64,000 bases of DNA, from the NCBI GenBank assembly GCA_002633005.1, contig NMRA01000116.1:44483-108482 (forward strand), written 5' to 3'. The DNA is from Phoronis australis. Lineage: Eukaryota > Animalia > Phoronida. This document shows, one piece after another, positions 42,601 through 57,600 of the stretch (its first letter is position 1; each line of letters starts with the position of its first letter). The translations under genes and the position numbers were made by a program. Below the pieces are notes generated by a model that was not told the origin of the DNA, did no database searches, and was given only the letters and a program-made list of their open reading frames with translations.

Positions 42601-45600
42601 ATCCGTGTGATTTTCAGTTATAAAATGTTAAGGTTTGACTTGCAGTCATGCCACGCTTTTTCTTTGTATAAACTAGCAGTATGAATACTGACCTTGGCAT
42701 GGACTCTGTAAAAACGTTACAGTTCTTGCAAAGTACTATTTTTTACTGACATCACCAGGATTTTAAACCTAGCTCCAAAATTAAGAGATTAATTAACTTA
42801 AAGGTCTACACAGTTATCAGAAGAAAAACAAAAAGCGAGCCTGTGGCAATCCTGAATAATTTAGTCATGGCATAATTGCAACACGTCAACAATCCAGCCA
42901 CCTCCCAAGAAACATAGGGTTCAACAACCTCCACTTTCAAGTCAACATACATGGGAAATGCACAATACTTGGATTGTTCACTCAACCTAATTGAATATTC
43001 ATGATGGCGGCGAACAAAACCATGGAATTGTATTTCAACAATTCACATGCGTTTCCCCTGTATATCTGAATGGGCGGTTGAGTAAGACCTGCTATACGAA
43101 GTCTTTGAAATATTGCAATTAAAGACTTTTAAGGCTCCTAGGATTGCAAATTACTGCCATCAGCAGACCCCAGCATCAACTGACCAGCGAAGCTGTGATT
43201 CGAGAGATAAAAGTTAACTTCATGAATTAATGTGAAAGATGGTGTTCAGACCACCCTGCAATATTCACGTACTGACTGACAGCATAAGTGCGTTATCAAC
43301 CACTATTTTAAGAGAGAAATGATTTTGTTAAAGGTTCTTGGAGGTGGTCTTTCCCTACAGCTGTTGCGTGGCCAGTAAAGCGTAGGTCACGCTTGCCCAT
43401 TAAACAGACTTTGTAAGGAGTTTTCAAAACTTGCTTCAAACCCTTGAGGGTTGACAATAGTTACATGGGATTATTTTGTTTTTGAGAGATGGATGGGAAA
43501 TAAAACGTCAATATCTGTTAATAGGTCAAAACCATGTTTAGTGTCCTATTTTAATAAGTGTTCACATCAGGTGTAGAATGCAGACAACTTACCATGACCA
43601 CAGAAACGTAACCGCAGAGTAATGTAGATGTCAACTCTTCATAGACAGTCCATAAGGGACGACATTTTCCAAGGTCTGTATTCAGCTGGAAGATACCCGC
43701 ATACTGCAGAAACAGAAGTGCAACGGACAGACAGGGAAGAGTTGCCCCTAGGTGCTCACAGAGTTGGGGCACCAACGGGCTATTGGATCCCAAAAATAAA
43801 TTAAGACAACATGACCGTAAGAATATTTCTTTAGTGGGAAAAGAAAATTTCAGCGCACCTCAGGTTGACACCAGTATTGCGCACCAGTCATGTCTTCTCC
43901 CGATACCAGTCCAACCTCAACTTTCACATCTCCAGAGAGCTGTTTCAAAGTGACTTAAGATTTGAGACAGAAAATTGTCCTTAAAGGTACTGCAGGTGGT
44001 CCGAAATATGTTACAACAGATGTGCGCAGGCTGCTTAGCCGAGCCCATTTTAAGATACACCTGGAATCATTTTTGTTAAATTACTATCATATACATATAC
44101 AAGCTCGGTCATACGTTCCCCATATTTTTTAAAAAATAATTAAAAACTGACTTTAGCAACAGCAGAAAGTGTCAGAGAATATATACCCACAACTGTTATT
44201 TATTGAGAAAAGTGGTACAAATTATATCCAGACAATGATGTAAGATGCTGTGAAGAGGGAGCTGTGTAAGTCAAATTTCTGTCTTAAGGATATCTCAAAG
44301 TTAACCTTATTCAAAAAAATTGGCCATTTTTACAATATTTCTACTTTGTCTAGCAAAATACCTTATCTTCATTCTCGGGGAACTTCAAATACAAAATATA
44401 GTAATCACTATAAATCCACGCATTTATAAATACGTGCACTTAAAAAAAGCAATTGCAAGTCATTTAGGAGGGCTCATTGCACTCAAGTTTGCTGAGAGAA
44501 AGGCATTGCAACCTTGACATGTTTTGGCCCCATCATCAGAAAATGAATACAGGAAAACAGTGTTGGTATAAAGAAATTGTTATTCATAACGAAGCCTTTA
44601 TTCTGGTATTCTTCCCATGACTCAAAACCCTTGTTACGCCACTGCGCAGAGATGTTGCACAAAGCCACTGTTCTGACCTTCTGTAATGTAAGGAGGAGAC
44701 TTTAACTTATCAGCTAACAATGGGCATTTGAGTCACAGGTTATATTTGAGATGTGCCAGTGAAAGAAAGGGAAGGTCAGAAAGTCACAAACGAGGCTAAC
44801 GTTACGGAATGTATAAAGGCATGTCTTCGCTTTAACAAATCACAGTTATGAAAAGTGTTGTCAATAAACGAATATAAAGTATTTCGATCAGGTGGAGTTG
44901 TCAAAAAATGATAAGTATTTGTCGCATTGTACTGCTTTACTTACAATTCGGTAAACTCTTGACACAAAATCATCAGCCACTCCTTTAACTCTACTAGAAT
45001 AACTCTCAAGTTGCTGTAAACAAAGCAGAGCAATTATTCATAACCTGTAGGAGTCAATTGAAGTCGCAATCAAGATTGGGAAAATCGAGAGTAAGCACCT
45101 TTTCTGACATGATGGCCAAGTTTAGGGAGCAATAACTAAAAAGGTATTACAGTAATTTTATAATATAGGTTTTAATTTGCTGCAACATACAGCTTACAAC
45201 AATAATTTTGTTGGCGCAATTCCTACTTCAGACCACTTTAAGTGATAACTGTTCTACTACATAATTAATAAACGTTTTCTTACCAAAAGGTAGTACTTTA
45301 AGACGAAGCAAGTAAACAAATACATTCATTTGGTACAGAGCCGAGACCATCAAGAACTAATCAGTAACATCCAATCATGTCGGAGGTTTTAACAGGTCTA
45401 CACTGTCACCTACTGATATCCTACTGCATTTCTCACCGTCCTTATGTCAGCAGCTACACTACCGTTGAGGTAGTTTTGGGTTTTCTGAACGCTTATCTTC
45501 ACAGTGTCATAAATATTCTGAAACATATAAGCAAAGATGACGTACAATCAGAAGCAGCTGAAACTAACTTGGGTTGCAGCGTGACTTAAACTGTCTGGCA

Positions 45601-48600
45601 TTTTAACTATCTAGTATCTCTATTACTGACAAAAACATAACTTATAGGGATGAAGAGTCAAATACAGTATTGAAAGAGTGGCAAAGGAGGGAAAGCGAAG
45701 GAGNTTGAGAAAAATCAATGGATTGATACCAAATTGTAATAAATCAGAACTTCTTGAAGCACATAAAACACAAACAGGCCAGTTACCCTGAATTCAATCA
45801 TGGCGGTGGTGGCATTGAGAAGAGCCTGTTTATCCTTGATCACTTCAGCAGCATGAATCTGAAGGTGAGCCACCTCAATAGAGCTGTTTCTCAATGCAGA
45901 CTGTAATGTGAACAGGCAAGTGGGTTAAAGGGTTGAGTTCCGTAAACAATAAGTGAATAAGCTAGAGTAATATTGTGGTTAGTTTGTAACACATGGTGAT
46001 ATCTCACAAAGTCTTAGTACTACATTTTTGCCAGGTTCTCGCGTCAATAAACACGTGCCGGGTAGACATGGTGCAGAACGTTGTTGTCTGGCACTTTTAA
46101 GCAGCAATTCTTTAAGCATTTGTATTGAAATACTATGTTCATTTAACATAAATTTGGCTCTTGGCTATTATCGTCACTGCATGCACTTAATAAGATCTAT
46201 AATCACATTTTAAATAATATATAATAGTTTTATTTTAATATTCAAGTAGTTATTTTGAAAATTTGATTGTAAAAGACCATGCTATTTGTAATTTGCCAAG
46301 TTCTTTCATCAAAAAACTTGCATGAGACAACTCCAATGCTAACATTAATTTGGGGTTTTGTTACCCCAACACCCAAGCAAGCCTGAGTCAGACTGTAACA
46401 CACCCCTTCTAATCGATGCACAAATTAATGCTCAAGGCTTAGCCGCAATCCTGAAGAAAACCAGTATTCGTTAATTTGTCTTATAATGCATCGATTTTAA
46501 AAATTCATCAAAAACGGCTACTATTTACTTTAATTTCCATCATAAAAACACTCATATTGATAGTTTGCCTTACTTATTGTTCATTTTTTTAATTTGAAAC
46601 TCATACGCTGAACAGGTGAGTTGGTTTATGACTCCCAACTATCTCATCCAAAAAATTCAGCCAAGCCCATTAATAGCGACTTGCACACTTCAATCCATGA
46701 CAGCACCATCATGCCTTTGATGTGCCGAGGACTTCGCTGGATATTCTGGGGGTGAACAGCTGTGCACGCTTTCTCATCAACTGCATGCAAATCCTAACAG
46801 CGTAAGATTTGCTGAATGTACGTTTTGTTTTACTGATGAAATGGACTGTTTTTAAAATCAATGGAAACCTGCCAACAACACACTTTAGCGTGACTATGGA
46901 ATGACGTGTGCAAGCCAGCCTTGCACTTTGACGTCGATGAAACAGTGTAACAGAAGTGCATACTGTTCTAATTTTAATAAAAATACATCCATGATTAGAA
47001 TGTTTTACACCATTCTTTTTTTTTTGATTTTACACTGACCGCAGTGCTGGCGCTTATGTTTTGGTACATATCCGCTGTGTCGTTCAACCAGGCAGCGAAG
47101 GAGAACAGGTCGGTGGTCGTCAGGTTCAAGCTCAGCTGTGTAAATGAAACATTATTGACAGTAAGAAGCAATGAAAGAGCCAGTTGAGAAAGGTGTGAGA
47201 ATACAAAACAATTAGTGCAACTGGCTTGTCACGGTAGGCTGGCTGTTGTAATTCATGTACTCTGTCCTTGCTTTGAACTTAAATGCAAACAAGGCAAACA
47301 CCAGCACAGACATTTTCACAAGAATTGAAAGCAAAGGATTTGACTGTTCTGTCTCCTCTTGTCTAAAGCAGGGCTCGACATAACGAGCTGCAGGTCGCAT
47401 TTGCGACCTGAAATTTGGAAATGCGAGCTGAGATTTTTGTCAGCTCGTATCAAGTCGCAAAATGCGACCTGGAATTTCCAACGAATGCGAGCTGAGTTTT
47501 TACATTTCTCAACAAATACCTGGCAAATACAAAGCAGCTCTTGTTAATCCGACCGTTATTTGGTCGCTGCCAAATCCAAGTTCAAAACAACACTAACGGG
47601 GACAGCCCTCCCGATGACTTGTAAGCAAGTCGCGTGAACATGGGATATGCAGTATCGATCTTCGACGCGTATCATTGGCTAACTCTTTCGGCCACTTTTG
47701 TAAATTCCCGGATTCGCCGAAGAAAGTTTCGGNAATTCATGTACTCTGTCCTTGCTTTGAACTTAAATGCAAACAAGGCAAACACCAGCACAGACATTTT
47801 CACAAGAATTGAAAGCAAAAGATTTGACTGTTCTGTCTCCTCTTGTCTAAAGGAACCACATGTCTGTCTTTGATGGTTATTGTTAGGTGAAAGTTAACAT
47901 ATTTTTCAAAATTAAATGACACAAGTTGAGATTTTCGTAATCAACCCCTGACGTGACTCCATTAGACCAGCATCAGCTCTACTCACCGAATCTGTAATTT
48001 GCGTCTGGTTCAGTGTAACTGAATAGTTGAGCGAGTGTAGCTTGTTCTCGATGTCTGTGATGAGTAGCTTAATGGATGACAAGTTTACTTCGACTTCACC
48101 AAGCGTTTTGTTTATGTCAATGGTCTGCAACAGATCATTAATTTTACAGATCATCAACATCCTCATGTTTGTCCCAAGTCACTCTTATCATCATCAACAT
48201 TATTGTCACCATTGCCACCATAATCATCAATGTAACCGTCACAATCATCATCATTGAGGTCAGCGTCATCATCACCATCATTCATCACCATCATTATCAT
48301 CTGCAGCATCAGCCTTTGTATCATCATCGTCATCAGTATCGCAGTCACTAATATCAACACACTGGCATGTTGGCCCTACAGTAATCATTCCCCAAATTAC
48401 CATAGATTAAAGAACTCCTAGATCATAGCGTCTACTAAGCAGGCCTCAAATGTTACTCACAATGATCACTTTCCAGTCCTTCATAGTCTGCCTCCTAGAT
48501 GTGTACTGTTAACTTCTGTTTATGCCCGTTCTTACAGGGGCATCCCTGCATATTACAGCATTCTCCACTTTGAAAGTCACGTGATTTAATAATTGAAATT

Positions 48601-51600
48601 CACTCATGTACAGAATATAAAACACCTCCAACAGATAATACCAAGGTGTTCTAGATGATATCTAACATTATAAACACATTGAGTTGTTCAAACATTCAGA
48701 TTATTACAGATTATAGATGAAACACCTCAGTTCTACTTTACCTGCGAATAATCGAGCACCTTTTTAACGTCAAACAAGCTGGAGACAGAGAGCACTTTAT
48801 ACGCAGGTTCATTGTTCTTACAGCCCCTGGAAGTGACAACAAACATGAGATGAGACAAACACATTTAATGTCTTTGAGCTATTCTTTTGGTGATCAACTG
48901 ATTACTACATCGGAAACTGTCTATAGATTATAGTAGGCCTACTTGATGTGTCAATATAACTATACTTTTAAGATACTTAAAAGTATCTTGAACACACCAA
49001 TCAGAACATTATACGGTAGGAACAGAGAAAGCACTCAAAGCCGTGTAGGCCCAAGTTGTTACAATTTCTCAACTCTAGAGCACCAACATGCACAGGCTGA
49101 GTATGCACACCACATGCACACCAACATGCACACCACATGCACACCAGCATGTACACCAGCATGCACACCACATGCACACCACATGCACATCACGTGCACA
49201 CCAGCATGTACACCAACATGTACACCAGGATGCACACCAGCACGCACACCAGCATGCACGCCCAAGGACACTCATCTCAAGCCAACCAACTCCTCTCCTA
49301 ATCACCACTAAATTCACCCCATCAACCACTCCTCGTTGATAGCACTTCCTATTTGCGTGTGACGGAGGTACAAGGGTCTCATGGACCCCCGTTCATTGCA
49401 AAAAAGACCTCCCTACTCAAACCTCATTTCAGTTTTGTGCATGGATCCTCTATTCACTGCAAAGTGCATCCAGGTTGTCATTCATTTCGATCCCTCTCGA
49501 CAATTTTGTGGTTGTCCCTCTCCCCTGTTAAATACTTCTGGCTACGTCAGTGCCACTTCCTCTATTTTTTCTGCCATTGTTTTACAGTGGTATAACACTC
49601 AGGGGAAGCAATAAAAAACATGTTACACTGCTGAACATTGAACAGTTCAGAACACACATTATTGATCATTCAGCACATAGATTAGCTGTTTCACTATGGC
49701 CAATATTTGTCCAAATAGGAAAAGGGCTTAAGTCAGAGTATGCCTCAATTACAGACTTTGATTGCAGTCTTAGCGAATTTAATATCAGGTATAGATTCAA
49801 GTCTGAGACAATTTTTGGTTAATATGCACGAACTCAGTTTTCTTCTTGTTGCCGACAGGAAAGATTAGCCCCAGGGAAAAAGAGTAAAATAACAGATATA
49901 GACCAATCCCTCTGGCATATTAGGTCATATGGACCTCGGGAGAGCAGCGTTGCCTTTGGCATCTGACGCAGCATTGCTCTGCCTTGACCCATAACCTCGC
50001 GATGGGTTCATATTATTATTGCATTTCTAAATGGAAACCATCACAACTGTACTCACTGCAACACTCCGGAGAATGTCAGGTTGATGTTGCTGTTTTGTAG
50101 AACAAATCCTGCAAGGGGATAGCCAGGTCCTATAAGGCTATTTGCCGGACCATCAAACAACTACAAACATAAGAAAAACAGTGCATGGATTTATGATTCA
50201 AAAGAACACGGCAGTAACGTACGGAGTCTCACCAGAGAGGACAGGACCTAGGAGCAGGTAGGTAGCGAACGGAGAGGGGGTGGGAAGGGGTGGGAGATGG
50301 TGGGAGGATGGAAGGTTTGGAAGGAAGGAGGGGGAGGGATCAGGTAGTGACTGACAAATAAAGAAATCAGAAGTAGCAACTGCCTCTGTATTTCCACAGT
50401 GTCAGCCACTTAAAATAAGCTGTCCCCTGATAATTTGTGTCACTTCCCAGAACTGGTTGCATTACACCCTTTTCCCACTGACCACAACTGTTCAATCGGT
50501 TGGCAAATAACCAAGTTGGCTGGTTGACTGATGTAGCCATGAGTATCTCATTCACGACTGATTAACTCCATCCAGGTATTTATGGTTGGAGTGGCAGCTT
50601 TCTTTTGTGAGATAATTGTTCTAATCTCTGTTAAGATCATACCTATAAGCCTGACTGTTATAAGTAAAAGATATATAAGCTGTTTGAACATAAAACAGTA
50701 ACAAGTCTGAATTCCTCAGCTCGTCAAATGATGATCGTGTTTAGTTTTTGAATCACTAAAATTGTCCAATTACAACCAAAGTTACAACAATTAATCTATT
50801 CTATCCGATCGCATTACCAATTAAAGCACTGCATGGATTTGATTGTTCATACGAGGTCGGCAATAGGGTGCAACCACTCTTTATACTTTTCATAACATTT
50901 ATGATACACATGCAATTCTCACGTCTGGTCCCGACCAATACATTGTTTTTAGCAGGATATGCGACGATATTAGGCCTCATATGTTGGTTTTATTTAGTTA
51001 CGCAGCATTACTATCATGGTCACATGGTTGTTATATGCTACAATTTTCATGCGCAATTAGCCTAATTACTCAAAAATGTTAAGATGTGTTCGGATGTGGA
51101 TATATAGCTAACTTTCATTTTATTTCCATCAAAATGCAGGCATTCACGCTCATAGGACCAGATAGAACCGGCTGCTGGGATCTGTTTCTCAGTGATGCGT
51201 TGGGTAAATCCACAACTGGTGACGCTTAGATGACAAAACTTCTTTCAAAAACGAGCGGGTGAAGCAATACTGAAATAACCAGCTCGAGAGCACATTAATT
51301 TGACTTCTTGGAATTAATAACAATTGCTTGAGTTCACTCCGAACTGAAGCTAAGTTTTTCATGTAACAAGTCCCAATGCCAATAAAATGCTTATTGACAA
51401 ACTGAGAACACATGACCTCAGCTACCATCACTTATTCATTGCTGCTCTTGAAAATCTTGAGTTAATGGGTGTCGAAAGTAATATAACTGCTAATGGTTTC
51501 AAACCTTTTGAAGCCTGGATTAAGTGACCTGCGTGATGTCATACCAGACAAAAGACTGCACTCAGCAGTTAACACTGAAAGGAGCCAGATGTTTCACATT

Positions 51601-54600
51601 TATAACCGCCATAAGTCTGGTCAAGTCATTGAATGGGAGAATGCCCTAATGGTCATCAAAACCAACAGCGAGGTGCCTCAAGTCAATGTGGACACATTGC
51701 ACTTGGAGCTTTGTCAGGTTCATGCGACATAACTGTGTGTAATAGGCAGCATACAGCAAAGTTGTTTGGAATAAAAATCAACCCTAAATATCTTGTAAAC
51801 CTTCATTAAAACAATTTCAACCATGCTTAAAACATTTAGACCAGCCTCAGCTTTAACTTTGTTAGATTTATCCCATGATGGCTCAACTTTTTNAAAGATA
51901 TATAAGCTGTTTGAACATAAAACAGTAACAAGTCTGAATTCCTCAGCTCGTCAATGATGATCGTGTTTAGTTTTTGAATCACTAAAATTGTCCAATTACA
52001 ACCAAAGTTACAACAATTAATCTATTCTATCCGATCGCATTACCAATTAAAGCACTGAATGGATTTGATTGTTCATACGAGGTCGGCAATAGGGTGCAAC
52101 CACTCTTTATACTTTTCATAACATTATGATACACATGCAATTCTCACGTCTGGTCCGGACCAATACATTGTTTTTAGCAGGATATGCGACGATATTAGGC
52201 CTCATATGTTGGTTTTATTTAGTTACGCAGCATTACTATCATGGTCACATGGTTGTTATATGCTACAATTTTCATGCGCAATTGGCCTAATTACTCAAAA
52301 ATGTTAAGATGTGTTCGGATGTGGATATATAGCTAACTTTCATTTTATTCCCATCAAAATGCAGGCATTCACGCTCATAGGACCAGATAGAACCGGCTGC
52401 TGGGATCTGTTTCTCAGTGATGCGTTGGGTAAATCCACAACTGGTGACGCTTAGCCACATGACAAAACTTCTTTCAAAAACGAGCGGGTGAAGCAATACT
52501 GAAATAACGAGCTCGAGAGCACATTAACTTGACTTCTTGGAATTAATAACAATTGCTTGAGTTCACTCCGAACTGAAGCTAAGTTTTTCATGTAACAAGT
52601 CCCAATGCCGATAAAATGCTTATTGACAAACTGAGAACACATGACCTCAGCTACCATCACTTATTCATTGCTGCTCTTGAAAATCTTGAGTTAATGGGTG
52701 TCGAAAGTAATATAACTGCTAATGGTTTCAAACCTTTTGAAGCCTGGATTAAGTGACCTGCGTGATGTCATACCAGACAAAAGACTGCACTCAGCAGTTA
52801 ACACTGAAAGGAGCCAGATGTTTCACATTTATAACCGCCATAAGTCTGGTCAAGTCATTGAATGGGAGAATGCCCTAATGGTCATCAAAACCAACAGCGA
52901 GGTGCCTCAAGTCAATGTGGACACATTGCACTTGGAGCTTTGTCAGGTTCATGCAACATAACTGTGTGTAATAGGCAGCATACAGCAAAGTTGTTTGGAA
53001 TAAAAATCAACCCTAAATATCTTGTAAACCTTCATTAAAACAATTTCAACCATGCTTAAAACATTTAGACCAGCCTCAGCTTTAACTTTGTTAGATTTAT
53101 CCCATGATGGCTCAACTTTTTGTCAAAACCAAATTTTTATGTGAGCACATTTAAAATATGGGCACTGCAGAGAAAGCATCTACTGAGAAGTCTACCATGA
53201 CCACGTTACAACAAACTTCATAATCAGTGATCAGGATTGCTCTGAAATCCAGCAAGTCTAAGAAATAACAACTAGAGTCCCTTTTATCTAATATTAACTT
53301 TTCGATATGATGCAGAATAATCAGCCATTCACCTACCTCTTTGTAGATTTTGAACGAGGGGTCTGTCAGAGGCACACAAGCAAACTTCTCCACAACCGTA
53401 CCCGACGCAAAGATTATAGTAGTTAGAAGCATGAGCCAGGGACCAAATATGAACATAAAACCAACGGAGCTGCAAGGAAAATCAACATACTTGAAACACA
53501 ATGTGTATTGATGCGTACTTCATTTTGTAAAGAATAATGTCCAACAGAAAACAACAGTCGAATAATGGTATCTCATAATTTAGGCACTCAGTGGGTTTCT
53601 TACCCACTGTCTACAAATGTGTTTTATGAATAGCCATAAAGACCAACTTTCCCCCCAAATGACTATCACAATCTTATCTAGATTGGAAGTCAGACCCTAT
53701 TTGTCATTTTATAAAGCACGTCCGATTTTGCAAAGATGTTATTCGACTCGTGATGGCAGTGGGTTGATTCAGCTCACATGACGGTGCTGCAACCAAGTCA
53801 GATACAAGTCAGAGTTCGCATAAGCAGCCGCGGATGTTACATACATGGCATGAACTTTATTCTGTCCCAAATTGTTCAAATAAAATTAGTTCACACGTCA
53901 GAGCAATAGATTAATGGAGATGCAAATAGTTCTCTCTTTCATTATTAATTACTGAGCAGTGAATTCAAGCGGATTAGGTGACAAAACTGAGTAGTGTGGA
54001 GGCCATCATCCGGGCAGCTGCCAGCGACAGTATGCTCAGGGACTTTATTGATGCTGTTAATGTTTGCTTTGATTTTGAGCAGTAACTATATGTCCCTGCC
54101 TGGGTCCGGTCTTCAGCTACCTTAGTTCTATTACTAGGAAAAGAAACCAGAGTAATTGACTGAACCGCACTTCATGAAAATATTTTGAACTGCTATGTCA
54201 TTTAATACATTACATTGCATAAAATAACAAATTATACAATGATTGAATAATAATGTATGCCGGTCTGAGGATGTGGTAGGATAACTTTCCGTATGAATAA
54301 AGCTATTTTTGCTGGATGAAAACAGTGAATTTCAAAATTATTAAAATAATTAGATTTTTGAGGTAGTATAGATAAAATATAATAACACTTATTCTATAAT
54401 TCTCTGTAACTTTCAGTTTCTGTGAATAGAGAGAAAAGTCCGTTAGCAACCCAGAGATTGCTTCAACCTTCCACAGACAGGTCATGAGATGTTATGAAAG
54501 ATTTTTCATTGACTTGACTCTATATCATCATTGGTGATGGTTATGTTGACATGGGCCAAATGAATCATGACCAGCACTAAGATGACATGTATATGCCATC

Positions 54601-57600
54601 ACACAGATTAGATTGTAAAAGCGTTCCAAGTGACACATAACCAAGTGAAATCATTTGTTACGAATATATTATACACTGAAGTGAGCCTTGGATGACCCCA
54701 TTCAAGAACACCTGGCGAATTAGTTCTCGGAAGAAGAGAGGCTTTAGCGTTAATGGGCGATGTCAGCATTCCCGTGCTGCCATTATGGCGTTTTGTCCAT
54801 GCCCATCTTGCAGAGTCTTAGTTAGTTTTATCTATTTACGTCATAATAAATGACAATATTCGCAATCCTCCTCTTGTTTTACTCTGCAACATAGCTCGTG
54901 GCGTACCCCGGGCAAAATAGATTACGATAAATTAAATTTAACTTGTTAAATGCATTTATCNAGAGCCGCGGACGCCGGACGCCAGACGCCGGACGCCGGA
55001 CGGACGCCGCCAGGACGGACGGACGGACGGACGGACGGACGGACAGAGATGACGGCATAATGCGTCCACATATAAATATGTGGGCGCATAAAAATCATCC
55101 TGCTTACGTTTTAAACAGTGGATAACAAGGCACACGCAATACTATGGCACCATTTTGACCAGATACATTTTGACTGAATCATGTACAGAAGATGAAGCTG
55201 TATAACCCAAACAAACCAATATCAAGGGAGTGTCCCGGGGGATAAAATAAATTTTAAACTCAACTATTGGCTTGACATTGAGCAGCTCCACAACCCTATG
55301 AAAGAGAAATACATTCTCTAAAGCTGACGTATGTCTCATACTCACGCCATCAGACAGTTGCCCCCACATGTGGACAATGGTCCGCGTTTCCATGGCAACT
55401 CTTTGTGTGAGCTGCACAGGGTACCAAAGATCAGACCAAGCACCATCATCAACACTGTACCAAGAGTAAGTACAACCAGGGTGTTGATCACTATGTCGCG
55501 GTAGTGGTCGTAAGACAGATAGACGTCTGCGTACTTAGTTACCATATGACTGTAGCGAGTGGCATTCAACTTGAGGAAAAGAAAGACAACAAGAACAGTG
55601 TAATTAACAATGACTGTGTTATGTAATCCAATCAGATGGAGACAGCCTGATTATGGAACAGAAGCAGTGAACTTTATCTCTCAATTCATTTCTATCTCAC
55701 CGACTGATCGCTTCATTTTGCTAGATGATGCTAGTAACATCTTTAACATAAACACAAAACTTTAGTCTTTCACTCATGATCGTGCTTCTCTCACAGGAAA
55801 CTATATAGGTTCCTCTCACAGGAAACTAGGTTCATGGAACACTGCACTGGCCAATGACTTTGCAAAATTTATTTACTATAAAAAACATAATACACCGACT
55901 TCGTTTGGTGGATGGCACTCAAAATATGTCGGTAACAAGATTCAGAATGCAATACTTTCGACAAAATTCTTCAAAAACATGTCTTTCTAAATCTCCATAT
56001 AAACGTTCGATGGTAAGCTGTTGAATTGGCTCAGTGATAAACAGTTGATGTGAATATTAATGTTTGATACAGAGACTGGTGCTCATTTAATTGTTTGAAT
56101 AAAAGTTAACTCACATTAGCTATTGGTCTTACGCTGTCCAATGACGAGTCGATAGTCTTTCCAACATCATTCAATCTAGACTTCATGGCTGCAATAAAAT
56201 AAAATGTATTTGTCAATCCTATTGCTTTTAATTCTAGCACTGCCAGCAAGAAGTTCTGGCAGTGGTAATATTTTTCCAAAGATAGGAACGAATCAATGAA
56301 TGAATTGAAAACCCAGAAGATTTATTTGTCACTTATAAGACAAAACCTCACTGCTTAGCGTGTGATTTCAAAAAGCGAAAAACCACTATTTTGCAGTTTT
56401 AGTATTTAAGAAATGTAGTTGCTATGGTGAGGAACAAAAACATGATCACATTTTTTTATTAATCGGTGTTCAGAATGACTGCATGTTTGACTTTTGAAAT
56501 CGAAGTTTATTTTAAAATTTCGGCCCACCGATGTACATTAACAAAGGCTACAGCAACTGAACAAGTGTTTTGAATCAAATACTCACAAGTGATAGTGTCA
56601 AGAGAATCATTGTACACTGCCTCTGGAATGTCATCAAGGGTTTTCTTTACCTTGAAAAAGAAAATTAATCCTGACATTTTAAGCATGCAGTGGAAGCGAA
56701 CATTTCAAAAAAAGTTTTTATCAAGTAATGGTTTCCACAACAGTCCCCTATTAGGTTAACGCCATAAAGTAACGAACAACCAATCACAGTCCTATAGTCA
56801 GCTGTGTTTGTGAATTTGTTCTGCAATTTTCGAAAAGCACATCTGCCATTGACAATGATGGAAAGCTACACGACAGCTGTTGGAACACGTTTAGCGATCT
56901 TCACCAAAACGACACACAATGGCAGCTGAGTCACCTACGATACGCCTGTTTGCTTGATTGCAAGTTCACATGCAGAAGTTGTATAAAGTTATGCTTTCAG
57001 TTAACTAAACATACATGTATCATGATTTCAACCACTTATTGTGGCATTAATCCATAACCAAGCTACAACTTAGAACAGTGCAAGAATTAATGGCCTCGCA
57101 TCGTAGCTACGGGGTCCTCAAAAGTGGTGACAAGCACTTACCTGGCAGATTGATAACTATGGCACCCTAGCCGACACTGAAAATTGTTGCGATCGGGGAC
57201 TGCGACAAAGTTGGCGCGAGGTAATAATGGTGATGAAAAGAAGTCAGAAACAGTGTTGCCCATTACATCATTGACAGCTTTGCATTGTTCAAGAACTAAT
57301 AGCAAACCTACTTTGAAGCGTGTCATTTCACTTACATCCAATGCCAAAGTACTAAAATTCTGTTTTGCGCTTTTATTCAATGTTGTCATTCCTGACAATA
57401 TGTCCGGCAGCTGGAAACAAGAAAAAAACAATTATAAGTTCAGTACAGCAAGAGTGGCATTTAAACTCATTCACTTAGTATTCCACACTAGCGTGTATTG
57501 TCTTCCTCAGTCATATCAAGCACTAAAACAGTAAAACATGTGCACAATATAGTTCTCTGTGCTCAGCGACACTAAAGACCATCCACAGACAGATAACTAG

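Noticed and set aside
48027-49339. His-, Asp- and Cys-rich ORFs
   Set aside because: Low-complexity intronic repeats read in multiple frames.
50667-53121. Duplicated 79-80 aa ORFs suggesting tandem genes
   Set aside because: Intronic, no known motif, and the duplication is joined by an N, typical of uncollapsed haplotypes.
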